Shown here: piece by piece, positions 9,818-19,360 of the stretch
Position numbering within the stretch: position 1 is the first letter of the stretch
Layout of the letters: every line of letters starts with the position of its first letter
DNA from: Candidatus Hermodarchaeota archaeon
GTDB lineage: Archaea > Asgardarchaeota > Lokiarchaeia > Sigyniarchaeales > SOKP01
Direction of reading: 5' to 3'
DNA length: 64,000 nucleotides
NCBI GenBank assembly: GCA_048885535.1
Contig: JBHLLO010000006.1
Coordinates: forward strand, 4,314 to 68,313
Position numbers and translations under genes: made by a program
The notes under the pieces: model-generated
Seen by the model: only the letters and a program-made list of their open reading frames with translations
The model's database searches: none
Told to the model about the DNA's origin: nothing

Positions 9818-10530
9818 CTTATATTTTGTTGTTTATGGCAACAAAATCGTATAAAATTTTCAATTATTTCACTTCCAATGCTTATAGTCTTTTTTATTAT
9901 ATGTTCATTAAGGGAATTAAAAGATTGAATATTATGTGTTTCTGGATGGAATTGGAGTGAAAAAATTGGTTTTTTAATGTGTTGCATATATTGGATAATA
10001 TGATATCCCATAATCCTTGAGGTTGCTTTAATATTAAACTGCTGTTGAATTTTGCAATCATTAGGAGAAATAAAATCAAGATGATGGGTGTTTACAGGGA
10101 TCTTTTTCTGGTTTATCAATTCATCTGTTTTATTAAACTTTATAAATATTATATTACCTCCTGAGTCTGGTAACCCCATTCTACATATTTGTGCTCCATA
10201 AGTATAGGCAACAAGATGATGTCCAAAACATATTGCAAAGATTGGTATTTCTATTGAATTTTGAATTATATTTATTTGAGAAAGAAACTTTTTCTTTAAT
10301 TTTTCATTGTAATAAAAACTTGATACATTAAAACTTGAGCCTGAAATTATAATTCCATTAGCTTTTTCCATCTTTTCATATATAAATTGAGAAAAATGAA
10401 TTGTTTTTAGTTCAATTTCAACCCTCATACAGTTAACAATTTCTTGTATTCTAGCTATTCGGTCAGTTTGAGTTCCCTTAGGATAGTTATCGATAAGAAG
10501 TATTCGAGTATTTTTAGTATGATTTCTCAT
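9814..10530 (-). CDS. Class I glutamine amidotransferase domain protein (stand-alone)
   Basis: GIIISGS, AICFGHH (nucleophile Cys), QFHPE (His-Glu). Confidence 0.85.
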   Translation of the reverse strand: MRNHTKNTRILLIDNYPKGTQTDRIARIQEIVNCMRVEIELKTIHFSQFIYEKMEKANGIIISGSSFNVSSFYYNEKLKKKFLSQINIIQNSIEIPIFAICFGHHLVAYTYGAQICRMGLPDSGGNIIFIKFNKTDELINQKKIPVNTHHLDFISPNDCKIQQQFNIKATSRIMGYHIIQYMQHIKKPIFSLQFHPETHNIQSFNSLNEHIIKKTISIGSEIIENFIRFCCHKQQNIS

Positions 10531-10555
10531 AAGAATCCTTAATTATTACGAAATT

Positions 10556-11911
10556 TTAATTAAACATTTCCATAAATGCACCCAAACGGGTTTTTACTTG
10601 CTCAACATTTTCACCAATTTTATTAAAGGTTAATGCTATAGAAGGAATTTCTAAATCTCGCCGAATCTTTTCTTTAAGCATGGCATAACAGTTTGAAATT
10701 GAATGACAACCGAATAACTGGATAAACACAACTCCATCCACATTAAGCTTTTTTGCAATTCTCATATAAGAATTGGTTAATATATCATTATCACAACCTA
10801 CTCCCTTCTCTGTAGCATTCATTAAAAATCGAGCATAGCTTTCGATTGGATTTGAATTAGGAGATACATCAATTTCTTCTAAAAATAATAACATATCCCA
10901 ATCAGCATAGATTGCTCTCCCCCCCAATTCATAAATAATCTCATGTGACTCTGGAGGCCACCCTCCAAACATAGGGGTAACTAAAATTTTTGGCATTTTA
11001 GATACATCCATCCCAATTCCCTTCCTAATTCTTTCCCTCATTTCATCTACCAATGAATTTAAATTTTCTGCATACCTCTTGGCATAAGAATTATAATCTT
11101 GAAAGGTAATATTCAATAAAGCCAAGATTTCACTAAATGTAGCTGGATTGCATGGGTAAAAATCAGAGGTGCTAATTTCGTGTAATACAATTTTATAAAA
11201 TTTTTTTATTTGATTCGCAATTTTAAAATGATTTCTTAAATCATTATCTGTTACACTATTGCCAGTTATTTCTTCTAGTTTACCAATAGCATTAGTAAGA
11301 TTATCTGTTAAAAGATTTATAGAATCTCCTATATTTCTGGGTGGTATATCAACCCAGATTTGTTGAGTGGACTCTGGAATCGTTTTTAGAGACTCAAGAT
11401 ACTTATTCCATGCGCTACATCGAATGGTATAATTTAAAGTGGCATCTACATTTTTAATTTTACTAACATGCATTCCGTACAAACTTTTTATACCATAACA
11501 GAAGTCAGTAGGAATACCGCTTTCTATTCCTAAATCGTACATCTCATTATATTTATCGTTTATAGTATCAATTACCTCCTCAATTATTTCGTCTATAAGC
11601 TTGCTTACTTCCCCTATACCAAGATTTTTTACAAAGCCTAGAAACTCAGAAACGCGATTCCAGCCAAAAATATTGGATGCGGAACCTAAATACCTCAGAT
11701 ACTTATTTATTTCAAAAATTTGCATTCTAATTGGAAAAACAGGTATTGCTCCGGCTGCAAAAACTAAGTCTGAAAAAGGAAGTGCAACAGAAATTAATTT
11801 TTTCTTTTCTCTAAATTTTTTTCTTTTTAGATAGTCTCTTCCTCCTAAAAAGTTATATGCTATCCTTAAAACAGAAGAAAATCTAATTAACTCATCGGCG
11901 ATCAAACTCAT
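10556..11911 (-). CDS. 2-hydroxyacyl-CoA dehydratase family subunit (HgdA/FldB/BcrB-like), paralog 2
   Basis: DFCYG, IRCSAW, GVGC and LFGCHSIS; C-terminal QVKTRLGAFMEM typical of the family. Confidence 0.82.
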   Translation of the reverse strand: MSLIADELIRFSSVLRIAYNFLGGRDYLKRKKFREKKKLISVALPFSDLVFAAGAIPVFPIRMQIFEINKYLRYLGSASNIFGWNRVSEFLGFVKNLGIGEVSKLIDEIIEEVIDTINDKYNEMYDLGIESGIPTDFCYGIKSLYGMHVSKIKNVDATLNYTIRCSAWNKYLESLKTIPESTQQIWVDIPPRNIGDSINLLTDNLTNAIGKLEEITGNSVTDNDLRNHFKIANQIKKFYKIVLHEISTSDFYPCNPATFSEILALLNITFQDYNSYAKRYAENLNSLVDEMRERIRKGIGMDVSKMPKILVTPMFGGWPPESHEIIYELGGRAIYADWDMLLFLEEIDVSPNSNPIESYARFLMNATEKGVGCDNDILTNSYMRIAKKLNVDGVVFIQLFGCHSISNCYAMLKEKIRRDLEIPSIALTFNKIGENVEQVKTRLGAFMEMFN

Positions 11912-11913
11912 TT

Positions 11914-13047
11914 TTAAATCATCTCCAAGAAAGCTTCAATTCGAGTTGAAAGTTGCCCTCGATTTGCTTTTGAATAATCCCGTTCTAAATTTAAAACGTA
12001 TAATCCCTCCTTTTGTAGTTTGTCTTTAAAAAAGGAAGCTACAATGGAAAAATGATCACAAAATTTAATTATGTGGTTAATAATTGCTAACTTTTTACCT
12101 GTTTTTTCCTCATATTTTCTATATGTCTCTAGAATTAGTGCTATTTTATTTTCTAAAAAATTAGGAACAGAGTGGTCTCCATATATATTATCTTTGAATC
12201 TTTGAACCAGAAGTTTTAATGGATCCTCCCCCTCATTGATAAGTTTTTCATCTATAATTTGTAAATAATTATTCCCTATCCAAGTATCATAGAAAACAAT
12301 ATTTCCGCCGCCCTCCTCTATTAAATCTACCAAATAATCGTTAATAAAAATTGAACATCCTGTTAATATCAGATCCCTTGAATTACTTTGATAATTTGAG
12401 GATTCTTGTTCGTGTTCTTGAATTATCCTTTTTAATTCAGGCATGAAATCAGGACCGAATAACAATGCCTTTTGTAATAATTTTAATTTCTCTGACCCTT
12501 TTAAGCTTAAATCATTTAATTCATTGAGCTCTTTCTTAAATATGTTATATTTTTTTATGCTGTTTAATAAATCCTCATCTTTAATTTCATGACCTATAAG
12601 TTCTTCAAGTTGATTTTTGAAATTTTCAAGTTCTATTCTTAAATATGTCAAACTATTTTCATTTTTAGTATATGAAATGTAGAAGTTCAATCGAGGAATA
12701 TTGAAATATCTAGATATAATTTCTGAAGCACATATATCAGATACACAATGATTTGATACAATAAAATAATCAATCAAATCTAGAAATTGAAAGAAATTTG
12801 GTTTTAAAGAAAATAAACCAATACATGACTGTGCAAATGCACAAGTAGATGGAGGTAAATAATCATGACTCGCATTCATTAGATCATCATTTCCACCAAA
12901 CATCAATCTAAGTGGAAAAAAGCCAGCAGCGTCAATTAATTCCTCTGGAATATTATCATGTGAAATAAATCCTACAATTTTCTTGCCCTCTTCTTTTTTT
13001 TCTCTAAGAAATAAAGAAAAGTCTGATAATAGTTCTATATCTTCCAT
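11914..13047 (-). CDS. 2-hydroxyacyl-CoA dehydratase family subunit (HgdB/FldC/BcrC-like)
   Basis: IPEELIDAAG, STCAF, NHC, KFCDH, LERDYS...GQLSTRIEAFLEMI. Confidence 0.85.
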   Translation of the reverse strand: MEDIELLSDFSLFLREKKEEGKKIVGFISHDNIPEELIDAAGFFPLRLMFGGNDDLMNASHDYLPPSTCAFAQSCIGLFSLKPNFFQFLDLIDYFIVSNHCVSDICASEIISRYFNIPRLNFYISYTKNENSLTYLRIELENFKNQLEELIGHEIKDEDLLNSIKKYNIFKKELNELNDLSLKGSEKLKLLQKALLFGPDFMPELKRIIQEHEQESSNYQSNSRDLILTGCSIFINDYLVDLIEEGGGNIVFYDTWIGNNYLQIIDEKLINEGEDPLKLLVQRFKDNIYGDHSVPNFLENKIALILETYRKYEEKTGKKLAIINHIIKFCDHFSIVASFFKDKLQKEGLYVLNLERDYSKANRGQLSTRIEAFLEMI

Positions 13048-13111
13048 TGTTTCAATTTTAAAGATATCACTTATTGATTAAAAATGAGGTAATCCAGCAA
13101 AGGATTTAATT

Positions 13112-13891
13112 TTAATTGTTATAATTTTCTTGAGCTATTAGTGCAGCGCCAATAGCACCTGTTAATTGGGGATATTCTGGTACTACAATTTCATATCCTA
13201 ACTCAACTTCTAAATACTTTTTAACAGCGATATTTTTTGCAACACCACCACAAAATACAAGTTTTGGTGCAACGCCAATACGTTTAGCCATACCAGCAAC
13301 TCTTCTTGAAATGGACTTATGAATTCCAGCAGCAATATCTTCTTTAGATGATCCTCTAGCAAAAAGACTAATTACTTCACTTTCAGCAAAAACGGTACAT
13401 GTAGAACTAATAGAAGCTATATTCTTTGAATTTAGGGCAAGGTCACCAAATTGATCAATAGGAACTTCAAGAGCGTGTGCCATTACTTCTAAGAATCTAC
13501 CAGTTCCAGCAGCACACTTATCATTCATTTGGAAATCAATAACGTTTCCAGTCTTCCTAGAAATTAGTATAGCTTTACTATCTTGCCCTCCAATATCAAT
13601 TACTGAATGGGCATCATTAAAGAAAAATTGTGCTCCCTTAGCATGTGCAGTTATTTCAGTAACTCGATCATCAGCAATATCAATGGTATTTCGACCATAT
13701 CCGGTACTCATAACATAAACATCAGATCTGTTTAACTTGTTCTTCAATAATATATCATCGAAGAGATTGTGTCCAACTTTTTTAAAGTTATAAGTTGATC
13801 TCTCTGTTCTATGATCAACTAATTTACCATCATTTATGAGAACGATTTTTGTTGCTAATGATCCAATATCAATACCAATAAAAACTTTCAA
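13112..13891 (-). CDS. 2-hydroxyacyl-CoA dehydratase activator (HgdC/FldI-type ASKHA ATPase with [4Fe-4S])
   Basis: GIDIGSLATK, TGYGR, TEITAHAKG, DIGGQDSK, MNDKCAAGTGRFLE, STCTVFAESEV, GGVAKN. Confidence 0.93.
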   Translation of the reverse strand: MKVFIGIDIGSLATKIVLINDGKLVDHRTERSTYNFKKVGHNLFDDILLKNKLNRSDVYVMSTGYGRNTIDIADDRVTEITAHAKGAQFFFNDAHSVIDIGGQDSKAILISRKTGNVIDFQMNDKCAAGTGRFLEVMAHALEVPIDQFGDLALNSKNIASISSTCTVFAESEVISLFARGSSKEDIAAGIHKSISRRVAGMAKRIGVAPKLVFCGGVAKNIAVKKYLEVELGYEIVVPEYPQLTGAIGAALIAQENYNN

Positions 13892-13964
13892 TTTTCCATT
13901 ACCTATTTGCTTTAGCTTTAAAAATGTTCTATGGAATATTAAATTTATTCTTTAATTGACTCTC

Positions 13965-14672
13965 TTAATCAACGCCTAAAATCAGAAGTGAAATTGTTAG
14001 GGTTAAAGAAAATGCAATCAGTAATTGTAGGATATTTTTAATAATAGATTCACGGGATATCACTCCTAAGAAAGCTCCTAGTAGAACTATAGATATAAAT
14101 ATAATTAAAAAAGATATCATAAATATTTCAAAGCCTGCTTGTGAAACAAAGAAAAATGGAATAAGCGGTATAATACCACCAAAAAAAGGGGCTAAACCAT
14201 TCACTAAAGCAACTAGAATGCTTGCAAATAATTTAGCTTTTTCTTGTATTGTTTTCTTTCTAATCTCTTCTTCCTTTCCATTTTGGGAATTGTTATTTTG
14301 AGTTAAATCAATATCTTTTAACATTGCTTTTTCTAGATCATCTTGAGTTAATTGTTCTCCTTCTTCTTCCTCTTCTTCAACAATTACCATTGCTTTATCT
14401 AATTCTAATTTTAATTTTCTTTGTTCTGCTCTCTCAGATAAATAAGACCCTGAAATACCTGACATCAACATGGATATTGAAGTTGCAAAACCAGTTAAAA
14501 GTACAATATTACTCTCAATAGCATGATCAGAGCCTTTAATTATTAATATAAAGAAACCTAAAAGAATTCCTAAAACCGTTAAAAGCCCATCATAGAAATT
14601 ATTTACAAAATAACGTCGTGCTATTGCTCCCAGTTTCGTTATTTTTGAAAAAAGTTTATACTTTTCAAGCAT
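13965..14672 (-). CDS. VIT1/CCC1-like (TIGR00267-type) membrane protein, paralog 1
   Basis: RRYFVNNFYDGLLT..G; SGISGSYLSERAE; P.FGGIIPLIPF; five hydrophobic segments. Confidence 0.75.
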   Translation of the reverse strand: MLEKYKLFSKITKLGAIARRYFVNNFYDGLLTVLGILLGFFILIIKGSDHAIESNIVLLTGFATSISMLMSGISGSYLSERAEQRKLKLELDKAMVIVEEEEEEGEQLTQDDLEKAMLKDIDLTQNNNSQNGKEEEIRKKTIQEKAKLFASILVALVNGLAPFFGGIIPLIPFFFVSQAGFEIFMISFLIIFISIVLLGAFLGVISRESIIKNILQLLIAFSLTLTISLLILGVD

Positions 14673-14718
14673 TTTACTAATTTTTTTAAAAAGGGTAATA
14701 AACCCGAAATTATATTCA

Positions 14719-15492
14719 TTAAATTCCCAATAATAATGAAACCAATAGAGTAACTATTCCTGCTGTCAATAAATGCAAAGCGTATTTTATACGTCCTCCT
14801 CCTGATATATTTCCTAGAAATATTCCTAAATATACTAGTAAACCTCCTAAAATTATATAAGAAAAAATGAAATGAAATATAGTTAATGTAGTTCCAAAGA
14901 AAAAGGGAATTAAGGGGAGAGATGATCCCAAAACTGGAGCACCTCCATCTACTAAAGATGCAACTATTGTTGCAAAATGTTCAGCTTGTTCTATTAAAGT
15001 CTTGTTATTTTTATTATTTTTATCTTTTTTTCTAATTGGTATTAATATATTTCTTTTCTTTTTTGATCCTTTTACCTGGACAGGGATGACCATAGCTTTT
15101 TGGATTTCTTTTTCTTCAAGCATTTTTTTAGCTAACAGAATTTTTTCTATCTCTTCCTTAGTATAATCATCGAAATTTTCTTCAATAATAACCATATCTT
15201 TCTTGAGATCGATTATCTTTTTCTTTCTTTCAGCCTCTTCTGAAAGAAAAGCTCCCCATAAACCACTAATGCCTATAGCTAAAGCAGTTGCAAAACCAGT
15301 TATTATAATAGTAGAAGGAGTATATGCTGAATTAGTTCCAAATAAGAAAATCATAAACATTCCACTTACAATACCAGCACATGTTAGAGCCCCATCAAAA
15401 CAATTATTAAAAAATTTTCGACGAGAAATAATCCCCAAATCAGACATCTGGGAGTATTTTCGCCATTTTTCAAATCTAGATTCTTTTCCCAT
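14719..15492 (-). CDS. VIT1/CCC1-like (TIGR00267-type) membrane protein, paralog 2
   Basis: RRKFFNNCFDGALT..G; SGLWGAFLSEEAE; DGGAPVLGSSLPLIPF. Confidence 0.75.
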   Translation of the reverse strand: MGKESRFEKWRKYSQMSDLGIISRRKFFNNCFDGALTCAGIVSGMFMIFLFGTNSAYTPSTIIITGFATALAIGISGLWGAFLSEEAERKKKIIDLKKDMVIIEENFDDYTKEEIEKILLAKKMLEEKEIQKAMVIPVQVKGSKKKRNILIPIRKKDKNNKNNKTLIEQAEHFATIVASLVDGGAPVLGSSLPLIPFFFGTTLTIFHFIFSYIILGGLLVYLGIFLGNISGGGRIKYALHLLTAGIVTLLVSLLLGI

Positions 15493-15720
15493 TTTGTTAA
15501 GTGTACACCTATATTAGATAAATTAAGCAAAATGTAAAAACTTTATCTTTGCAATAAGATTTTGTAATATAACGAGACACCATTTAACCAAATTATTGGT
15601 ATTAATAATTATATTTAAACGACGATTATATATATATTATATTTCTCTAAAATCTGATGATTTTTATTGATCTAATCATATAATATTCTTAGATTATTAA
15701 AAATTTAGTGAAAATGAAAA

Positions 15721-16374
15721 ATGGCATTGAATAGTAAGACAAAAGAAGAAATTATTAGTTTGCTGGTTGAGCATTCGAGAATAATATATGACGTTCTAAG
15801 CGATATGGGTGTGTACTATAATAGTTGGGCTGAAGATTATGAAAAAAATAAGGACACCTTACAAAAAAAAAAGAATAAAATGCAATTATCCGAGGAAGAA
15901 GCAGATGAATATAAGATCAAATTAATTCAAGACTTCTCTGAAGCTGGAACCCAAGGTTTGGGTGATTATGTTGCTTTAATTTTAAGAATGGATAATTTAA
16001 TCAATTACCCTTTGGAATTCGTGGACATGCTTGAAAAAATTAATCTAAAAGACAAGAAGTTTAAGGAAATTAAAAAACGTTATTATCGATTGATAAATCT
16101 GATAATGGAAATGGCGGATATTTTAAAGCAAACCATCAAAAATCTTAGAGATAACCGAGATAAAGTATATGAAAATACAGTTAAGATTCATGAAATGGAG
16201 AATGATATTGACACAACTTACAGGCAATTTCTTGATTTTCTTTATTCTACATCTAATGAGGAATTAGATATAAGATTATTATTAAGATTGAGAGACAGCA
16301 TAGTATTATTAGAACAATTAGCAGACAGAATCCATGACATTGGTGATGTCATTAGAGTTATTCTTTACCAATAA
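15721..16374 (+). CDS. DUF47/PhoU-like phosphate transport regulator family protein
   Basis: All-helical, with repeated motifs EEEADEYK, IHEMENDID and LEQLADRIHDIGD. Confidence 0.75.
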   Translation: MALNSKTKEEIISLLVEHSRIIYDVLSDMGVYYNSWAEDYEKNKDTLQKKKNKMQLSEEEADEYKIKLIQDFSEAGTQGLGDYVALILRMDNLINYPLEFVDMLEKINLKDKKFKEIKKRYYRLINLIMEMADILKQTIKNLRDNRDKVYENTVKIHEMENDIDTTYRQFLDFLYSTSNEELDIRLLLRLRDSIVLLEQLADRIHDIGDVIRVILYQ

Positions 16375-16525
16375 GAAAATAAAACTTCTCTAAATTTCAT
16401 TAATAAACCATCAGCTTCTTTTTTTGGATAGAGTACCTTTAAATAAAAAAATTAAGAAAACTTTTTACGCAATTATTTATATCTTCTTATTTAATTATTA
16501 CAAATTGTTTTGATGTAATGTTAAA

Positions 16526-16891
16526 ATGAATGGAAAAAAGAAGTTTTTTATATTACTCGGTTTATTTCAAATAATTCTTGTATTTACGGTATTTTTCTCT
16601 GTAAATGGACTAATAACACTTGTAGTTGCCCAACCAACATCTTATGATTATTATAATTCGATAACTTCAGCAATCCTAGCAATTTCAGCAGCAATTTCAG
16701 TTGGTGCGTCTGTATTAGGGAGCGCATTAGCAATAAAAACTGTAGGAACTGCCGCAATATCATCACTTGCAGAGCGCGAAGAATCCTTCTTTAAAGCATT
16801 CTTAGTAGTGGCCTTAGCAGAAGCTTTAGCAGTCTATGGATTGATTGTTGGAATACTATTATGGACAAAAATTCCGACACCACCAGCATAA
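16526..16891 (+). CDS. atpK: A/V-type ATPase proteolipid subunit K (c)
   Basis: Single hairpin with the ion-binding Glu in ALAEALAVYGL; extra N-terminal hydrophobic segment. Confidence 0.92.
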   Translation: MNGKKKFFILLGLFQIILVFTVFFSVNGLITLVVAQPTSYDYYNSITSAILAISAAISVGASVLGSALAIKTVGTAAISSLAEREESFFKAFLVVALAEALAVYGLIVGILLWTKIPTPPA

Positions 16892-16925
16892 TCTAACAAG
16901 AATATAAAGTCTTTATAATTAAAAT

Positions 16926-17990
16926 TTGGTGTTGTTTACGAGTACATTAATTCCTTCATATGTTTATACATACATAAAAATCAACTTTTTAAAACAGCTC
17001 ATTATAAGAGACGAAAGTTTGTCAGAGTTAAAGGAATTTAATGATATAAGAGAATTTATTGAATTTATTCAGCCCTATTACCCCGAGATAAACATTACTA
17101 ATTACGATATAGTAGAAATTGAACAAGCTCTGTTTCACATTTTAATTAAAATAATTGGTAAAATTCTACATTTTTCACCAGAAAACATGCGATTGTTTTT
17201 AAGATCCCTATTTTTAAAGTATGAAATATCTAATATCAAGCAGATTATCCTAGGATCTATAGTAGGAATGAGTAAGGCTGATAAGTCTCAAAGAGTTAAC
17301 TTTTTAGTAGAAGAGTATTTGGAGCATTCAGAATTTATTAATAATTTAATTGAAATTGACAACTTAGATGAGATTCAGTTATATTTTAAAAAAACTAGAT
17401 ACAATAAAGCGATTCGTGAAGGAATTCTTTATTTTAAAAATACTAATGAAATTTTTGTGTTAGAGGCGTTTTTAGATAAATTATTCTATGAAAACCTGAT
17501 TTTAACAAAACCAATTTATAGTAAAAAAGAACTTGCTATGATTTCATTATATATAGCTTATTCAACAGAAGTATATAATTTAAGGATGTTATCAAGAGCA
17601 ATTATTAATAATTTTGATAAAAATCTAACTTCTCAACTTTTAGTTGATGAATATTTATTTCTAGATCGTAATAAAATTGATATATTGTTAGAATCCAAGA
17701 ATATCAATGATTTTAGTTCAAAACTAGAGAATTTTTTAAGTACATCAAAAGAGTTAAAGAATTTTTTTGTACCCATTATAATAAATGTAAGGCACTTAAG
17801 ATGGTCTTTCGAAGGAATATATCAAAATTATTATTTTAAAAAATTCCAATTAAAAATTGATGATTTTGAGTATTTTACGATATATCGAATATTAGAATTA
17901 ATAATTAAAAAGGAAAGGGAAATTAAATTTAATATAATGCCAAACGTGATTAGAATAATTCACAATAGGTTTGAGAGGTTAAAAGAATAA
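16926..17990 (+). CDS. atpC: A/V-type ATPase subunit C (AC39/d-like)
   Basis: 354 aa; KYEISNIK, FVLEAFLDK.FYE and TEVYNL..L.R motifs; operon context. Confidence 0.75.
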   Translation: MVLFTSTLIPSYVYTYIKINFLKQLIIRDESLSELKEFNDIREFIEFIQPYYPEINITNYDIVEIEQALFHILIKIIGKILHFSPENMRLFLRSLFLKYEISNIKQIILGSIVGMSKADKSQRVNFLVEEYLEHSEFINNLIEIDNLDEIQLYFKKTRYNKAIREGILYFKNTNEIFVLEAFLDKLFYENLILTKPIYSKKELAMISLYIAYSTEVYNLRMLSRAIINNFDKNLTSQLLVDEYLFLDRNKIDILLESKNINDFSSKLENFLSTSKELKNFFVPIIINVRHLRWSFEGIYQNYYFKKFQLKIDDFEYFTIYRILELIIKKEREIKFNIMPNVIRIIHNRFERLKE

Positions 17991-17991
17991 A

Positions 17992-18309
17992 ATGAAGATT
18001 TTCGATTGGGTAAAAGATTTGGAAAATATCTATGCTAAATTAATAGAAGAAGCTAAAAATGACAATCTAAAAGAACTCGAAGAAATTAAAGCTGAAAATG
18101 AAAAATCTATTAATGAGAATTTACAAAAGAAACAACAGTTCGTTAATCATATATTGAAATCGACAAGTGAAGATGTAAGTAAGAAGATTAGTGAATTTCA
18201 AGAGAATCTAAAAACAATTCTTCAAGATTTTGAACTATATTATAATCAAAACAAGAAAAGTATAACAAGCGAAATTATATCAAAACTAGGTTTGGATTTT
18301 ATTGCCTGA
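17992..18309 (+). CDS. atpH: A/V-type ATPase peripheral-stalk subunit H (G-like)
   Basis: 105-aa charged coiled coil (IKDLE..Y.KLIEEAK pattern) within the ATPase operon. Confidence 0.6.
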   Translation: MKIFDWVKDLENIYAKLIEEAKNDNLKELEEIKAENEKSINENLQKKQQFVNHILKSTSEDVSKKISEFQENLKTILQDFELYYNQNKKSITSEIISKLGLDFIA

Positions 18310-18622
18310 ACAAAAAATATTTGTAATTGGGGAGGAAGAAACTGTATTAATGATGGGTTTATTAGGTATTGAGGGGCTTATACTCGATAAACCAGGAGAA
18401 TTCTTAAAGGAGTTTAATATCTTAATCCAGGATCCATCTATAGGTATGCTTATAGTTGCAATGGAGCTACAAAATGAGGATACAAAATACTTATTAGATT
18501 ACAAATTGAATAGAAAAAAACCATTTGTGTTTTACCTTCCTGATGTTTTCAAACCTAAACTTGGAGAGCAGGTTGCTTTTTTAGAAGAAATTATTAAATC
18601 TATAGGAAAAATTATAAAATAG
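18302..18622 (+). CDS. atpF: A/V-type ATPase subunit F
   Basis: KIFVIGEEETVLMMGLLGIEG, typical N-terminus of subunit F. Confidence 0.85.
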   Translation: MPEQKIFVIGEEETVLMMGLLGIEGLILDKPGEFLKEFNILIQDPSIGMLIVAMELQNEDTKYLLDYKLNRKKPFVFYLPDVFKPKLGEQVAFLEEIIKSIGKIIK

Positions 18623-18637
18623 GACGCTGAGGTTAAG

Positions 18638-19360
18638 ATTTCAGAAAAAAAGAAGATTAAAGAACAGTTTGGTCAATTAGGCCTTTACTTAACTAATAAG
18701 GCAGAAGAAGAGATAAAAGAAATTAACCAACAAATGCTTTTTCAAAAAGCAGAGATAAAAAAGAGTTATATAAAAAGAGTTAATGAAATATCTATTAGAA
18801 TAAAAAATCAATTTGTCGAAAAATATAATCAATTTTTAAATAAATCCTTATCTTCGAACTTATTACAAGCTAAAGAATCAATCTTAAAGTTAAAAAACAA
18901 ATTTTTAAAGGACCTAAACCGGGAACTTATAAATCAAATTGAAAAAAATATATCTGATAATTATAATAATTATTTAAATTTCCTTATAACTTACATAAAG
19001 AACTCAATCCATCTTATCGATAAGCCTCCAAAGCTTATCCTCATATTAAATAGCAGGGATTTTAGTAAAGCTAAAAATAGAATTCTTAGCATTAAAAATC
19101 TTTTTAAAAGTGAAATAGAACTGATTTCTAGCAAAGATAGCTTTATTGGTGGATTTAAAGCGATCATAGGAGATAGCGAAATTACTTATAATTATAGTAT
19201 TGACAATTTATTGACGAAAAACCTTATTAAGATTGAGAATCAATTAACAAAGATTTTTTCTGAAGCTGAAATGGAAAATGTGCAAATTGAATTTGAAAAT
19301 TATATTAAACATAAAAAAAATGGGATAGAGGAGTACATAAAAGAGTATGACCAGCTCTAA
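18638..19360 (+). CDS. atpE: A/V-type ATPase subunit E (probably starts at ATT 18638, upstream of the ORF-track ATG 18734)
   Basis: Frame open from 18623; upstream part encodes NKAEEEIKEI. C-terminal IGGFKA...YNYSID motif of subunit E. GAGGT at 18629-18633. Confidence 0.75.
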   Translation: MSEKKKIKEQFGQLGLYLTNKAEEEIKEINQQMLFQKAEIKKSYIKRVNEISIRIKNQFVEKYNQFLNKSLSSNLLQAKESILKLKNKFLKDLNRELINQIEKNISDNYNNYLNFLITYIKNSIHLIDKPPKLILILNSRDFSKAKNRILSIKNLFKSEIELISSKDSFIGGFKAIIGDSEITYNYSIDNLLTKNLIKIENQLTKIFSEAEMENVQIEFENYIKHKKNGIEEYIKEYDQL

